Made by a program: the position numbers and the translations under genes. A DNA stretch of 64,000 bases from Geosiphon pyriformis uo1 (Eukaryota > Fungi > Glomeromycota), in NCBI GenBank assembly GCA_016748015.1, contig JAAOMT010000468.1:310001-374000 (forward strand), written 5' to 3'. Positions 25,477 to 36,022 of this stretch are shown in pieces. The stretch's first letter is position 1; the number at the start of each line of letters is the position of its first letter. The notes beneath the pieces were generated by a model, which was given only the letters and a program-made list of their open reading frames with translations, was not told where the DNA came from and did not search any database.

Positions 25477-28400
25477 CTATACACCTATATAAACATGGGG
25501 GCAACCATCTAGACCTGAAAAAAAAAGGCAAGGCCTGCAATGGCCAAAACTAACGGCAAAAGACTTAGCAATGCCAAGCATTCTCACCACACTATCTAAA
25601 AGCACAGAACACACCCTATGTGACAAACCTGAAACCAAACAATTATCACTAACCAAGCCAGTCTTCTTTATGTTCACTCTAAATTTAGATCTAACCAACC
25701 AGATCTTGAATTGATGCAGCTCAACCAAGAACCTCACAAACTCAACCACCACTCCGGAGGCTTTTTCAGCATCCTCAAAAACACCTGCTGCCTCAACAAT
25801 CCAACTTTTCATCACAAAACCCTTACACAAAACCAAATACCTGTCAACATCCAAGTGACAAAAATCAAGAACTTTAAAAACAGAAGAGAAAACCAGATTA
25901 CAATCGCCAACCAGAGATGCCCAGCATGCAGAAGTCTTCAGAAAAATATCTGTCCAGATGTGAACATCCTGCGAACAAGTAAAAACATGGTCTGGCAGTT
26001 TCACCTCCCTGTACAACAAACACCGAACACCTGGATAACATTTATTATATAACCTTTTTCTGACAGCTATCAGTAACCTTTTGTGTACAGCCTTCATTAA
26101 ATATGTTTGAAGATCAGCTGATTTTCAGCTAGTAAACTCAGCAAGCATGTGTGAGTTAGGATGCCAGACCCTTGCCAAAACAACCCAATCAAACTCCCCC
26201 AGCATGTCAACTGAGACCACATTCCGGCCTGGACCAGCCTCCCAGTGAGCATGACAAATAGATCTAAACACATCCCTAATAAAGTGATGGATGTTGCCTG
26301 AAATCACAGTGTTTTCAGTCATCAAACAATGCTTCCATATCCTTATTAGCAACATGTAGAAAGAGCCAGCAGCTTCACCTGCAGACTCATTGGCTCTCAT
26401 ATTGCCAAGAACACCGACATGACCTTTGACTTTGACCCAATTCACACTGAGATTCTTATGCCTAATCAAGTTAAAAATATGCCTCCTTTTGATCCAGCAG
26501 TAATTACGAAAGTCCAGAACAAGAAACAATAACTCAGAGACACAAGCATCAATTGCAGCTTGGCTGTCGAGATGCAAAATCACAGAACAAGATAATGGAA
26601 CACATTCTAAAGCCAGAGCAACAGTCTGCAACTCAGCCATAGTAGAAGATAAAAGGCCAAAAACCCTGACACCAACATTCAAATCCAAAGCCGGGAAGTA
26701 CACAACAGCACCACTCAACACATCAGCAGATCCAGCACCCCTTAAGGACCCATCTGTATACACTTCAAAACAGCCAAACCAAATTTCATGTAAACCATTT
26801 CATACAAAAGAAAACACATCAGAGCTCGTAATACTCAAACCACCAGAATAAACAGCACCAGTAAAACCCAGGGAGGAAAAACTCTGATCCAGAAAAAACT
26901 TAGAAGTGACTGCAAACCAATGGGGCACAAGACCCCATGGATCCAAATGTTTCTAATGACGAAAAGTCTTTCAATTCAACAACTCTCCCTTTTTATCAAA
27001 AAGCTGATCACCAAAAGCAACACCAAAGCATTTAAGAGACCAAACAGAACTAAAGTAAAGAGACTCCCCAAGAATTGAAAACATTGAAAAATGGCCAAGA
27101 TGACAGAAAGCACTAGGAATGTTGTTTACCAAAGAAAAATTATTGTCCAAAAGAATTTTCACAACATCTGCCAAAAAATTGTTTACCAGGCTAACATGCA
27201 ACTTGACAGAAAATTGAAAAAGATCCAAAGGAGCCCAACCCAGAACCTGCAAGTCCAGAAATCTATGCTCAAACAAGTGGCCAAGAATGCCAGAGGCATT
27301 AGCAAAAGAGATCAAAGAAGCCACCTTTCCCTCAGACTACATCTGCTCAAAAGACTTCAAACCATATAGTAAAGAATGATACAAAGCAGAATCAGGAAAA
27401 TCATGATGCAGATGTGCTTTGAATTTAAGATTCTTCCTAACCAAAACATTCCACTTGTGGTACACACCAGATGAAACAAAACTAAACTGCATTTAATAAC
27501 TAACAATGGACTGTAAAACAGCTGAGACCAAATAGAAAAACTGTTTATCCGTGATCGTTTTTCTGAGCACCACATTGATGAAAAACCAAACATTTGAGTG
27601 AGCCTTGGCCAGACTGGGTTTGGACAACCCTTCAGTTGACAAAAAAATCCCCAAATATCTGTAAGCTTTACCTTTCTTTGCAATAGAAATCGGCTGACCA
27701 CTTATATTTAAAGAAACAACCTTGACACTCTGATTAATTGGTATGGCTACTGTCTTCTCATTGTTTATAGAAATATTATTGATAAAAAAAAACTCACTAA
27801 CAATGTTCAAAGCATATTGCATGAAAGCCTGGCAATCTTCAATTCAAATCATATTATCCACAAAAGTGCCAGCTGCAAAGAAGGAGGTCATCCCACCACT
27901 ATTCTCAATCCTGCCAGTTTTTGCCATGAACTTAGTATTAACGCAATATCCACACAAATGCTTATGCCTTTTAATTTCACACAAAAATGAATCATAAAAA
28001 ATCCTCCAAAGAAGAGGCGAAAAGACTTCACCCTGATTAAGGCCATTATGCACCTTATAACTATCTGAAAAACCAAAATCAGTTATTACTCTATTAACCT
28101 TATTCATATGAATACTACCAAAAAAGCCAATAAACTTTTCACACATTTTGATATGACGCAGGCTAGCTCTCAAATGATGCCAACCAACAGAATTATATGT
28201 TTTGTGCATATCTTGCAAAACCAACCAAAGTTCTCTATCCTTCTTAAAAGCATCTTTGACTACCAACCCAACAGCAAACACAGGAGATTGAGTAGAAGTA
28301 CCTTTCAGCACCAAAAAATTGTCACCATGGAGAATGTCAAACTTGTCACATGTAAAAGAGATCCTGTCTGAGAGAATTTTGAAGAGAATTTTCCTGGCTG

Positions 28401-30168
28401 TTTCAATCAGAGCAATAGGGCGAGTATTTGTTAAAACTCCATCCCAATCATAAGGTTTTGGTATCATTAAGACCCAGGCTTTTTTCCACAAAGCAGGCAT
28501 AGAACCAACAGATAAACACACATTCAACAACACCAAAAGACACTCCATCACCCTCTCACCACTATGTTTCCAAAGTTTATTAGAGATGCCGGATAAGCCA
28601 GCAGCTTTACCATTGGACAAACCACCAATGACCAAAAGCAACTCATTCAAACTAACTGTACTTATAACACCAAAAAAAGTATCATCCTTAACATGGGCCA
28701 AGGGAGCATACTGATAGGCCCAAAGATCTGGCAGTATTGAAGGCACCACCCACCTCCTCATCCAATCCTCCATAATTTCATCAATCTTCAATTTTACTTC
28801 CTCCGGCTTCAAAACAAGCTCATCATCAACAACTAAATGATTCAGAATAACCTTCCAAAAGGGCCAATCTAAAACACACCTAATTATGCTACCTTTGTCA
28901 GAACAAAATTTTTTCATGTATTTTTTAATAGCATCTTTAATAAAAGCCACCTGTAACAATTTCAATTCATACATTTTGAATTTCCTGTACCCCTTCTTGA
29001 CAATTGATAAAAACTTGAGAATGTCAACCCCTCTTCAATCAGACTGAACCATATCCACCAAAACAAGAGTCTTATCAGCATCTAACATAGACCATTTCTA
29101 CACAAGGTGATCAAAATCAGAAATATCAGCCGAGCCAAATTTTTTGACAATTTTGATAATCAGCAACTTCAAGCCCAGAAACTTAGAGGAATGTTTGTTT
29201 TTTGAATACCGAACTTCATTAAACCAACACCAAGAAAACGTTTTATCTGCAGAATCCACCAATACCTTTTCCAGCAACAACCACATAATATCCAAATTTA
29301 GCTTCACAGCAGCAATATGAAATTTATCTATTACACCCAAAATCATGGCAGAAAAGCAGTCCCTAAAATGAGACCACTCAGCATTATCAGCATTCTTAAT
29401 ATTAAACTTCAAATGATTCTTGTTAGTCTGCTTGCATAAGCTATTCAAATAGACATTTAGAAATTTACCCAAACCAATAGAAATCATAACAGCATTGTGA
29501 TTAGTGTTAAAAAAGTCCAAAACAGAGCCAACCCTATGGCCAGCAACAGCAGAAACCAAATTCTCACTAACAAAGATAAAATCAATAGTCTTCTTGACCC
29601 TCTTAGAATTACTCCATATAGAAGCCCCAATCAAAGATTGGCCAACAAATGAATTGACCAAACCCAAACCTGAGCAGAATTTGAAACATGTACTCCTTTC
29701 TAATCCATTTTTGTTGAAGTCACCACCAAGAACAACAAAAGTGCTGGAGTTAATGGCCTTAGCAATAAGAGAATTCACCTTAGAAGCCTGACCAAAACGA
29801 ACACCAGAAGAGACACCAGTGTACAAACCAATAACAGAAATTGAAAGTTTATTCCTGAACAAAAGCTGCACAGCAATAACTTGGCCAGGAACCTTCTCAA
29901 TCTTAGAAACATGACGAGCCAAAGAATTGTTCATGATAATAGCAACACCAGCATCAAGAAAACCAACATTTAAACCAGAAGTAAAAATTTGAACACCATC
30001 AAATTTATTCTTGATCCAAGAACCAATAGAAGACCTTAATTTTGTCTCAGTAACAAAAGACACCATCAAACTAGATTTCACATGCCAACAGAGAACATTG
30101 ACCTGCTTTGCAGGAACATTGATACCTCGGACATTACACATTGCAATTTTCCATATTAAAACACTCAT
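25477..30168 (-). pseudogene. LINE ORF2: AP-endonuclease, reverse transcriptase, RNase H, C-terminal Cys/His motif
   Basis: CNVRG, VTETK, GGDFN, IDFIF (endonuclease); RPIAL, QGEVFSPLLW, FVDN (RT); YTDGS, AELQ, DSQAA, WVKVKGH (RNase H); CLLY...HVFTC. Confidence 0.93.
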
Positions 30169-32051
30169 TGAGAAGAAAAAGGTAAGAGAGAACCTGGACC
30201 AGAACACAAAAGATTTAATCTAGCCAAAACAGAATCAACAGAAGCCTCCAGAGCCAACATTTTAAACTCCAAACCACTCATCTTGGTAGTTAGAACCTTC
30301 GAACTACTTGAATTGAAGCCAGCACCCAAATTAGCACTTGAAGGATAGGGAGTGAACAACACCAACTCATTGTCTAGAGCCATATTAGAATCCAAAACAG
30401 AGACCAAAGGCATAGAGCCAACCAAAAGAAGAGCACCAGCAAATGAAACTATGGGCACCAACTCCACAAAATTCAATTTCCTCACAATACCAGAAACCTG
30501 TTCAGCCAACAGCTCGAGAAAACATTCCAAAAATGCCAAGCAAGTATTTAAAGAAGAATCGTTAATTGTAGAAGAGGAAGAACCACCACCTAAACCCAAA
30601 GTTGCAGAGGGATAGAAGCCAATACCAAGATCAGAACCAGAAGGAGAGCCACCAGAAAAGGAAGCAAAAGAAACTACCTGAGCCCATGATTTGCCACTAA
30701 AGGCAGCAGAATGAGAGATAGAAACATTTTTCTTTGCATATAATTTGGCCAACTGAAAACGATCCACACCAGAAGCATGTTTTTTATTAAACAAACTCAA
30801 GAGATCAGAAGGCGACATATCTGACACATTACACTCTAGAGCCGAATGACCAAGACACTCACACTTTCTACACCAAACCAAATCCAACCTAGTTCATGAG
30901 AGATGAACACCACCAAAAACAGGCTCAATGAGAAAAGCAAAATCCAGATCATTTTCGGATTCGAAGCCAACCACAGCACAACAAACTCTATTGCCAGAGT
31001 TCAATGAACAATTAATAATACAAGTTTTGCCACCAGTATTATCCAAAAGATTACTAAGATTATGCACAGTTGTTCCCATCAGCAAAGTAAACAAAAGCAC
31101 CCTAAAACAATTCCTAGAGGCCCAGATATTACAATCTTCCATGGTTTTTGCCACACACACAGAATTTTTCTTGATTAGGAACGACCATTTCGAAGCCAAC
31201 ATATCAGCCTGACTTGATTTAGCAAATTCCACTATAGCCTTCTGCCATAACCTAATTAGTTGCACTCTGATCGACTTAATTTCACCAAATTTGGTAACTG
31301 CGGTAACAATCATATCCTTTGGTGTGTTCATGGAAATTTCTTTGATCACCACAGCCCAATCTGAGCAAATTCCTTGTCTCTTAAGATTGCTGTTTACTAT
31401 GATGTTATTTTCTCTGGCCAATGACACAGCCTTTTTCATGCTCTCTGATGAAGTAAACATTGATCTGATAATCCCTTCAAATTTTGAGGGGGTAGTGGCC
31501 TCCCCAAAACCATTGATTTTCAAAAACAATTTTCTGATGACTTGAGTTTTGGCCATAGCCAATTTGCCTTCCACAGCTGAGAGATTAATGTCCAAAGCAA
31601 AAGACTTTTTCACAGACACCTCAACCTGAATTTTAACAATTTTAGGATCAATCCACTTTTTTTTTAAAGAGATAGATACACGAAGGAGAAGCACAATTTC
31701 TTCATCATTCATAGTGAAGTCAGGAGAGCCAAGTAGAGAACCAAACATCATGCCAGTATCAACACATTTTGCCTTGGGAGTGGTTGTAGCTGAACCCAAA
31801 AGAGACCCTCCATATACACCTGTCATGCCAACATCCTCATCATCACCAGACAGACTATCCACATTAGAGTACACACTATTACCAGGCCCAGATTTACTCA
31901 AAGAGATATTTCTCTCATCACTAGAGTGTTTAACATTGCCAAGAACCACTTTTTTTTTCTGAACAAAAGAACCACCAGCAGGACCATGGAAAGCACCTTT
32001 GAGCGCCTTCTTTTTTGACATATCACCACCCGAAGCAGTCTTCAAATCCAT
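30165..32051 (-). pseudogene. LINE ORF1 (Gag-like, CCHC zinc knuckle)
   Basis: Two in-frame ORFs separated by one TGA (30894-96); CRKCECLGHSALEC knuckle. Confidence 0.85.
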
Positions 32052-32188
32052 GATGAAGGAGTTATTGTTTAAGAAAATGTTGAAAGAAAACTAACAAAAA
32101 AATAAAAATAAAAAAAACTTCTTTTTCAGAAAATGTGCTTTTTGAGGATTTTTGGAGGTAAGAGAGAAAGAAGTTTTTGATTTCCTTA

Positions 32189-32221
32189 AATTCAATTCAA
32201 TTCAATTCAATTCAATTCAAT
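32189..32221. repeat. (AATTC)n microsatellite abutting the LINE 5' end
   Basis: Read directly; the same motif occurs at ~55912-55941. Confidence 0.85.
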
Positions 32222-32699
32222 TTAATTAATTAATTATTATATTGCAATATATTTAAGTGGTATTTATAAATTACAACTATTTGAAAAATTAAAAATTATA
32301 TATTGTTTCAGTTTAAATAAAATAATAAATTGAAAATTTAAAAAATGGCAAATACATAAATATTTTATAAAGTTTTAAACAATTAATAATTAAAATTATT
32401 ATTAATATTTAATTAAAAATTATAATAATTAAAAACAATAATATAATAAAAATATATTTATGTTGTAAAGTAATAATAATATATTTAATTAAAAAAACAA
32501 AATATATTTTTACAATAGTAAAATTTCAAAATAATTATTCTGTAAATAATATTTATTTGTTTAATGTCAAAAAATATAATAACAAAAATTATATTGCTAA
32601 AAATAAATGAATTTTATGTTTAATTGTTAAAACTTATTTTTTTATAATTTGAGTTTACATTTAATCATAATATAATTGAATGACATTTATTAAATCAAT

Positions 32700-32800
32700 A
32701 ATAGGGAATACTAAGCATTGCTATTTAGCCTTCTATTATTTCTTGCATGGTCACTGTGGGACCAAGCAATGCCCGGAGAAAGATCTCCCGAGCGCCATTT
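32700..32800 (-). ncRNA. Candidate omegaRNA scaffold overlapping the 3' end of the Fanzor/TnpB ORF
   Basis: A perfect 8-bp inverted repeat (32715-22 / 32765-72) encloses a 5-bp hairpin (32748-52 / 32760-64), with a further hairpin at 32771-32793. This is the position expected for TnpB/Fanzor omegaRNAs. Confidence 0.5.
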
Positions 32801-34010
32801 TCATCTCTATCTATCACAATCCCACCATTCCGGCAGTTGTACATTTTAGACCCTCCGATTCTTTGAATGTTGCCAAATTGACTATAAATGTTGATGTGTA
32901 AGCTTCATTCTGAATAATAACATGAAAACGACCCCTAATTCCTCGGCCTTGCTGATCAGGCATTGTCGAAGCGATAATGCATTTTCCGGACAGTTTTTCC
33001 TGTAAATGGTCTACTTCAAAAGGCGGAATAACAATGGCATTGAATTCGTGGGTAAAGAATATAACTGATTTTTGGTGAATTTCACTTTGCAGATGCATAA
33101 CTTTTCCTCGCATCCGAAAAATCGCCTTATCGAGTCGCCAGGCCATTTTAACCTTACTTTTTGATGAGAATCTTAATAACTTATCCTTTTATGCAGTTGA
33201 GATCATTCAAGTACTTGCCAAGCTGGCCTACACCTTTTGTGAAAGAGTACTATGTAAAAAATGTACGGACGCCAAAATCAATAACAGAGCCATCCGCTTG
33301 GTTTCGCGGAGCTTCCACTCGTTAGTTTTGCGAGAGTAAGTGAGCTTGCTATCTGAAATTATCTTGTAAGGAACGGGCCACCTATTATTATGCCTCTTTT
33401 TTCGAAATGAAGAGGCACAAGCAGGCTTATAATTATCCAAAATAGCGGTAGGCTTATAACAATGTTTAGTAAGCACCGAAGGATTATGGAGATAAGTGAC
33501 ATAGAAACAGTTCCATGTGGATTTCGAAACATTCTGCGCACTGTTTGTCGCAGATTTTTTCGAGATCGAAATGATAGAGAGTGTGTGCTAATAGAACTTG
33601 CCGATTCGCATTACGCTTAGTTAATTCTTCCCTAGCAATCAATGCTTAATCGATTGCCTCATTGATTATACTCGCGAGCGCTTTGACGTGCATAACCCGA
33701 AGCGATATTCCGAGACACACAACAATTCGCATGAATTTACGCTCGCCCCATATTCCAACTTTTCGGAGTTTCTCGTCTTCATGTTCATTACCATCTTTCC
33801 TGCCTGAACATCTGTGTAAAATTAAGTTTATCTTTGATGTGATTGAGGCTTTATCCAAGCCTGTTGTAATGGACTGATATGGGAATTTTTGGTATAAAGG
33901 TGGCATGTCGACTCCAGTAGACAACAGTGTCGTAAGCAAATCTCATCAAGAGTTGCTTTTGAAGATGATTCGGATAAACCTTGATTAATAATGTACGGTT
34001 TAGAGCATCT
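32725..34010 (-). pseudogene. tnpB: Fanzor2/TnpB RNA-guided endonuclease remnant
   Basis: IKVYPNHLQKQLL..RFAYD (HTH_OrfB-like, ~33930-33990), SFRSRKNLRQT, RuvC-I VIDFGVRTFFT (33251-33285), EIHQK..FFTHEFNAIVIPPF, NEAYTS (32892-32909), RuvC-III IDRDENGAREIFLRAL (DRD at 32803-32811). Confidence 0.9.
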
Positions 34011-34039
34011 GACTTTTGGGACGAGTTGCTGTCCCTTTT

Positions 34040-34400
34040 CCCTTGCTAGGCAGCTCTCCTTCCTTAGATGCAGCAGATGAAGACTGTGTTGATGGCAAGA
34101 ATATCTTGTGGGAGCTCATGTCATATCGTCGAAGAGAACCACGAGTTTTGCAGAATGGAGAAAAAGATATATTAGAAGGGTTCGAAGGCAACTCGGCAGA
34201 ATCTATCACGGTGGTTGATCACAACTTCCGCGAACGTTTGAAGTTGATAGAAACATGACCCGATATTGTAGGTTGAAAAATCGAAAGTTGCTTTTGTCGC
34301 TCGAAATCCTCTTTTGCTTTGCACTAGAGACACGAGCATAGAGGTAACCTTTCTTGGTGGTTGTACCAGCATTTTGAGAAGTTAGCTCAGGAAAGAGGGA
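34040..34400 (-). pseudogene. tnpA: IS607-type serine recombinase TnpA remnant
   Basis: KKGYLYARVSSAKQK (YARVSS at 34323-34340), DFERQ, NIGS, EVVINHRDRFCRVAFE (~34190-34228) and ELPQDILAINTVFICCI*GRRAA. Frameshifts and internal deletions; N-terminal HTH not seen. Confidence 0.88.
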
Positions 34401-34509
34401 GTTGGGTAAACATTACTAAGTAACTGATTGATATTTTCATTGATAGGCATTATTTAGCAAATCTTTTTATCAGTATCCCAGAGATCCCAAGGCCGAACTC
34501 TGTCTTAGC

Positions 34510-35873
34510 ATGGATTTGAGACCTTTGTCTGAAACGAAGGTTCGAGCCAACCCAAGTTTTCAACAAGTTGTAAAAGTGTTCTCAACACAATTTTCTTCCT
34601 TTTCCATATAATACTACTACTAATAACAGGAGGACGTTCGCTCGGACAAACTCCAACTTACAAAGATCATGTTCGGTGCTGGTGTTTTTAGTGGTAGATA
34701 TCATTTAATGAAGGATAATTGGCCGTTGGAAGCAGTTCGCCGCGCTTTAGAATTAGGTAAACAGAACAAATAGGCAAATCAGCTAATAGGGATTGGACGA
34801 ATCTCGTTAACGAAATTATTATATTTTAAAAGTTTTCTGAATTTGATTTTTTATTAATTCTATAGGTATCAATGGGTTCGACACTAGCCCTTTTTATGAG
34901 GATAGTGAAATCATTCTCGGTGATGCGTTGTACGCCTTAAGAAATGATTATCCTCGATCGAGATATTATTTGTCCACGAAGGTGGGGCGTTATGGTTTCC
35001 TCAAGCAAGATTTTGATTATTCAGCTCAACGCGTAGAAGAAAGCGTCACTACTAGTATCGCACGATTGAAAACCGATTATTTGGATGTGGTGTTTGCTCA
35101 TGATGTGGAATTTGTGGACATTGAAGAGGTTGTGGGGGATGATGGAGCTTTATCAAAACTGTTCGAGATGAAGGCAAGAAAAAGTGCTGATCCTATGAAA
35201 TTATTATGGTTGTTGATTAAATCTCCTACACATAATAGAATCAAGGAAAAATCCGTAACGTTGGTATAAGTGGCGAGTTATCAATTATTATTAATTAATT
35301 TTGTGCAATTTAAAAATATTATGGCTGTTAATGAATAATATTTGGCTTATCTTAGGCTATCCCTTGGATATTCTTCTGAATATAGCACATTTACAATATG
35401 AACGTAATCAGCCACTCGACATCATTCTCACCTATTGTCACTATAATCTACAAAATACTCTTCTAGCTGATTATGCGCAGAAATTCCGAGGGGTAGGTAT
35501 AAAATACCTGTTAAATGCTTCTCCGTTAAGTATGGGCCTTCTATGTAATGATCCATGCCCAAATTGGCATCCTGCATCTCCTGAGCTACGCGAAGCTGCT
35601 CAAAAGTGCGCTAAAATCGCCCAAGAAAATCAATTGAATATTGCTAAACTCGCCTTGGAATTTTCGTTGGAGTGGGATGGCGTTGACAGTACTTTAATTG
35701 GGTGTTCAAACAAAAATGAAGTAGAAGAGGCAGTGGCATTGTTTAATAATTTAAAGGCTCGTCAAAAGGCGCGTCAAACTAGATCAATCCAAGAAGAGCA
35801 AGTCTTGGAAAAGATCGCACAGATATTGGCACCATATCACAATGTTACATGGGCTTCACCGCCACCAGAGTAA
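34510..35873 (+). CDS. Aldo-keto reductase, D-arabinose 1-dehydrogenase (Ara2)/L-galactose dehydrogenase-like; 5 exons
   Basis: GINGFDTSPFY, LSTKVGRYG, YLDVVFAHDVEF, GKIRNVGISGYPL, YCHYNLQN, NASPLSMGLL, WHPASPELR. Confidence 0.9.
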
Positions 35874-36022
35874 TTTGAAGAATGTGAATAAGGCGCGAAG
35901 TGATTAATATTAGGTTTATTTCTTTTAAAGTAAGGAATCTTAAGGAATTAGTATAATTATATTGCTCCATAGTTGAGGTTATTAGACTGATAGGAATGCT
36001 ATTAAGAGAAACTTATTTTTTC

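Larger units (their letters stand above)
25342..32184 (-). mobile_element. Full-length (~6.8 kb) non-LTR retrotransposon, inactivated by nonsense and frameshift mutations
   Basis: ORF1 + ORF2. Poly(A) tail reads as a T-run at 25340-25351. Candidate TSD cttaaatt at 25334-25341 and 32185-32192. Confidence 0.95.
32690..34400 (-). mobile_element. Degenerate IS607-family element (serine recombinase TnpA + TnpB/Fanzor2)
   Basis: TnpA motifs directly upstream of TnpB motifs on the same strand, in a GC-richer, CpG-containing island. Ends approximate. Confidence 0.88.

Noticed and set aside
25711-31962. Plus-strand ORFs within the LINE (also 61079-63897)
   Set aside because: Antisense shadows of LINE ORF1/ORF2 produced by strand compositional bias.
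32690-34400. A functional Fanzor nuclease, or a bacterial contaminant contig
   Set aside because: Multiple stops, frameshifts and deletions and a damaged zinc finger rule out function. The element is decayed and continuous with spliceosomal-intron genes, which argues against simple contamination, though read support was not checked.
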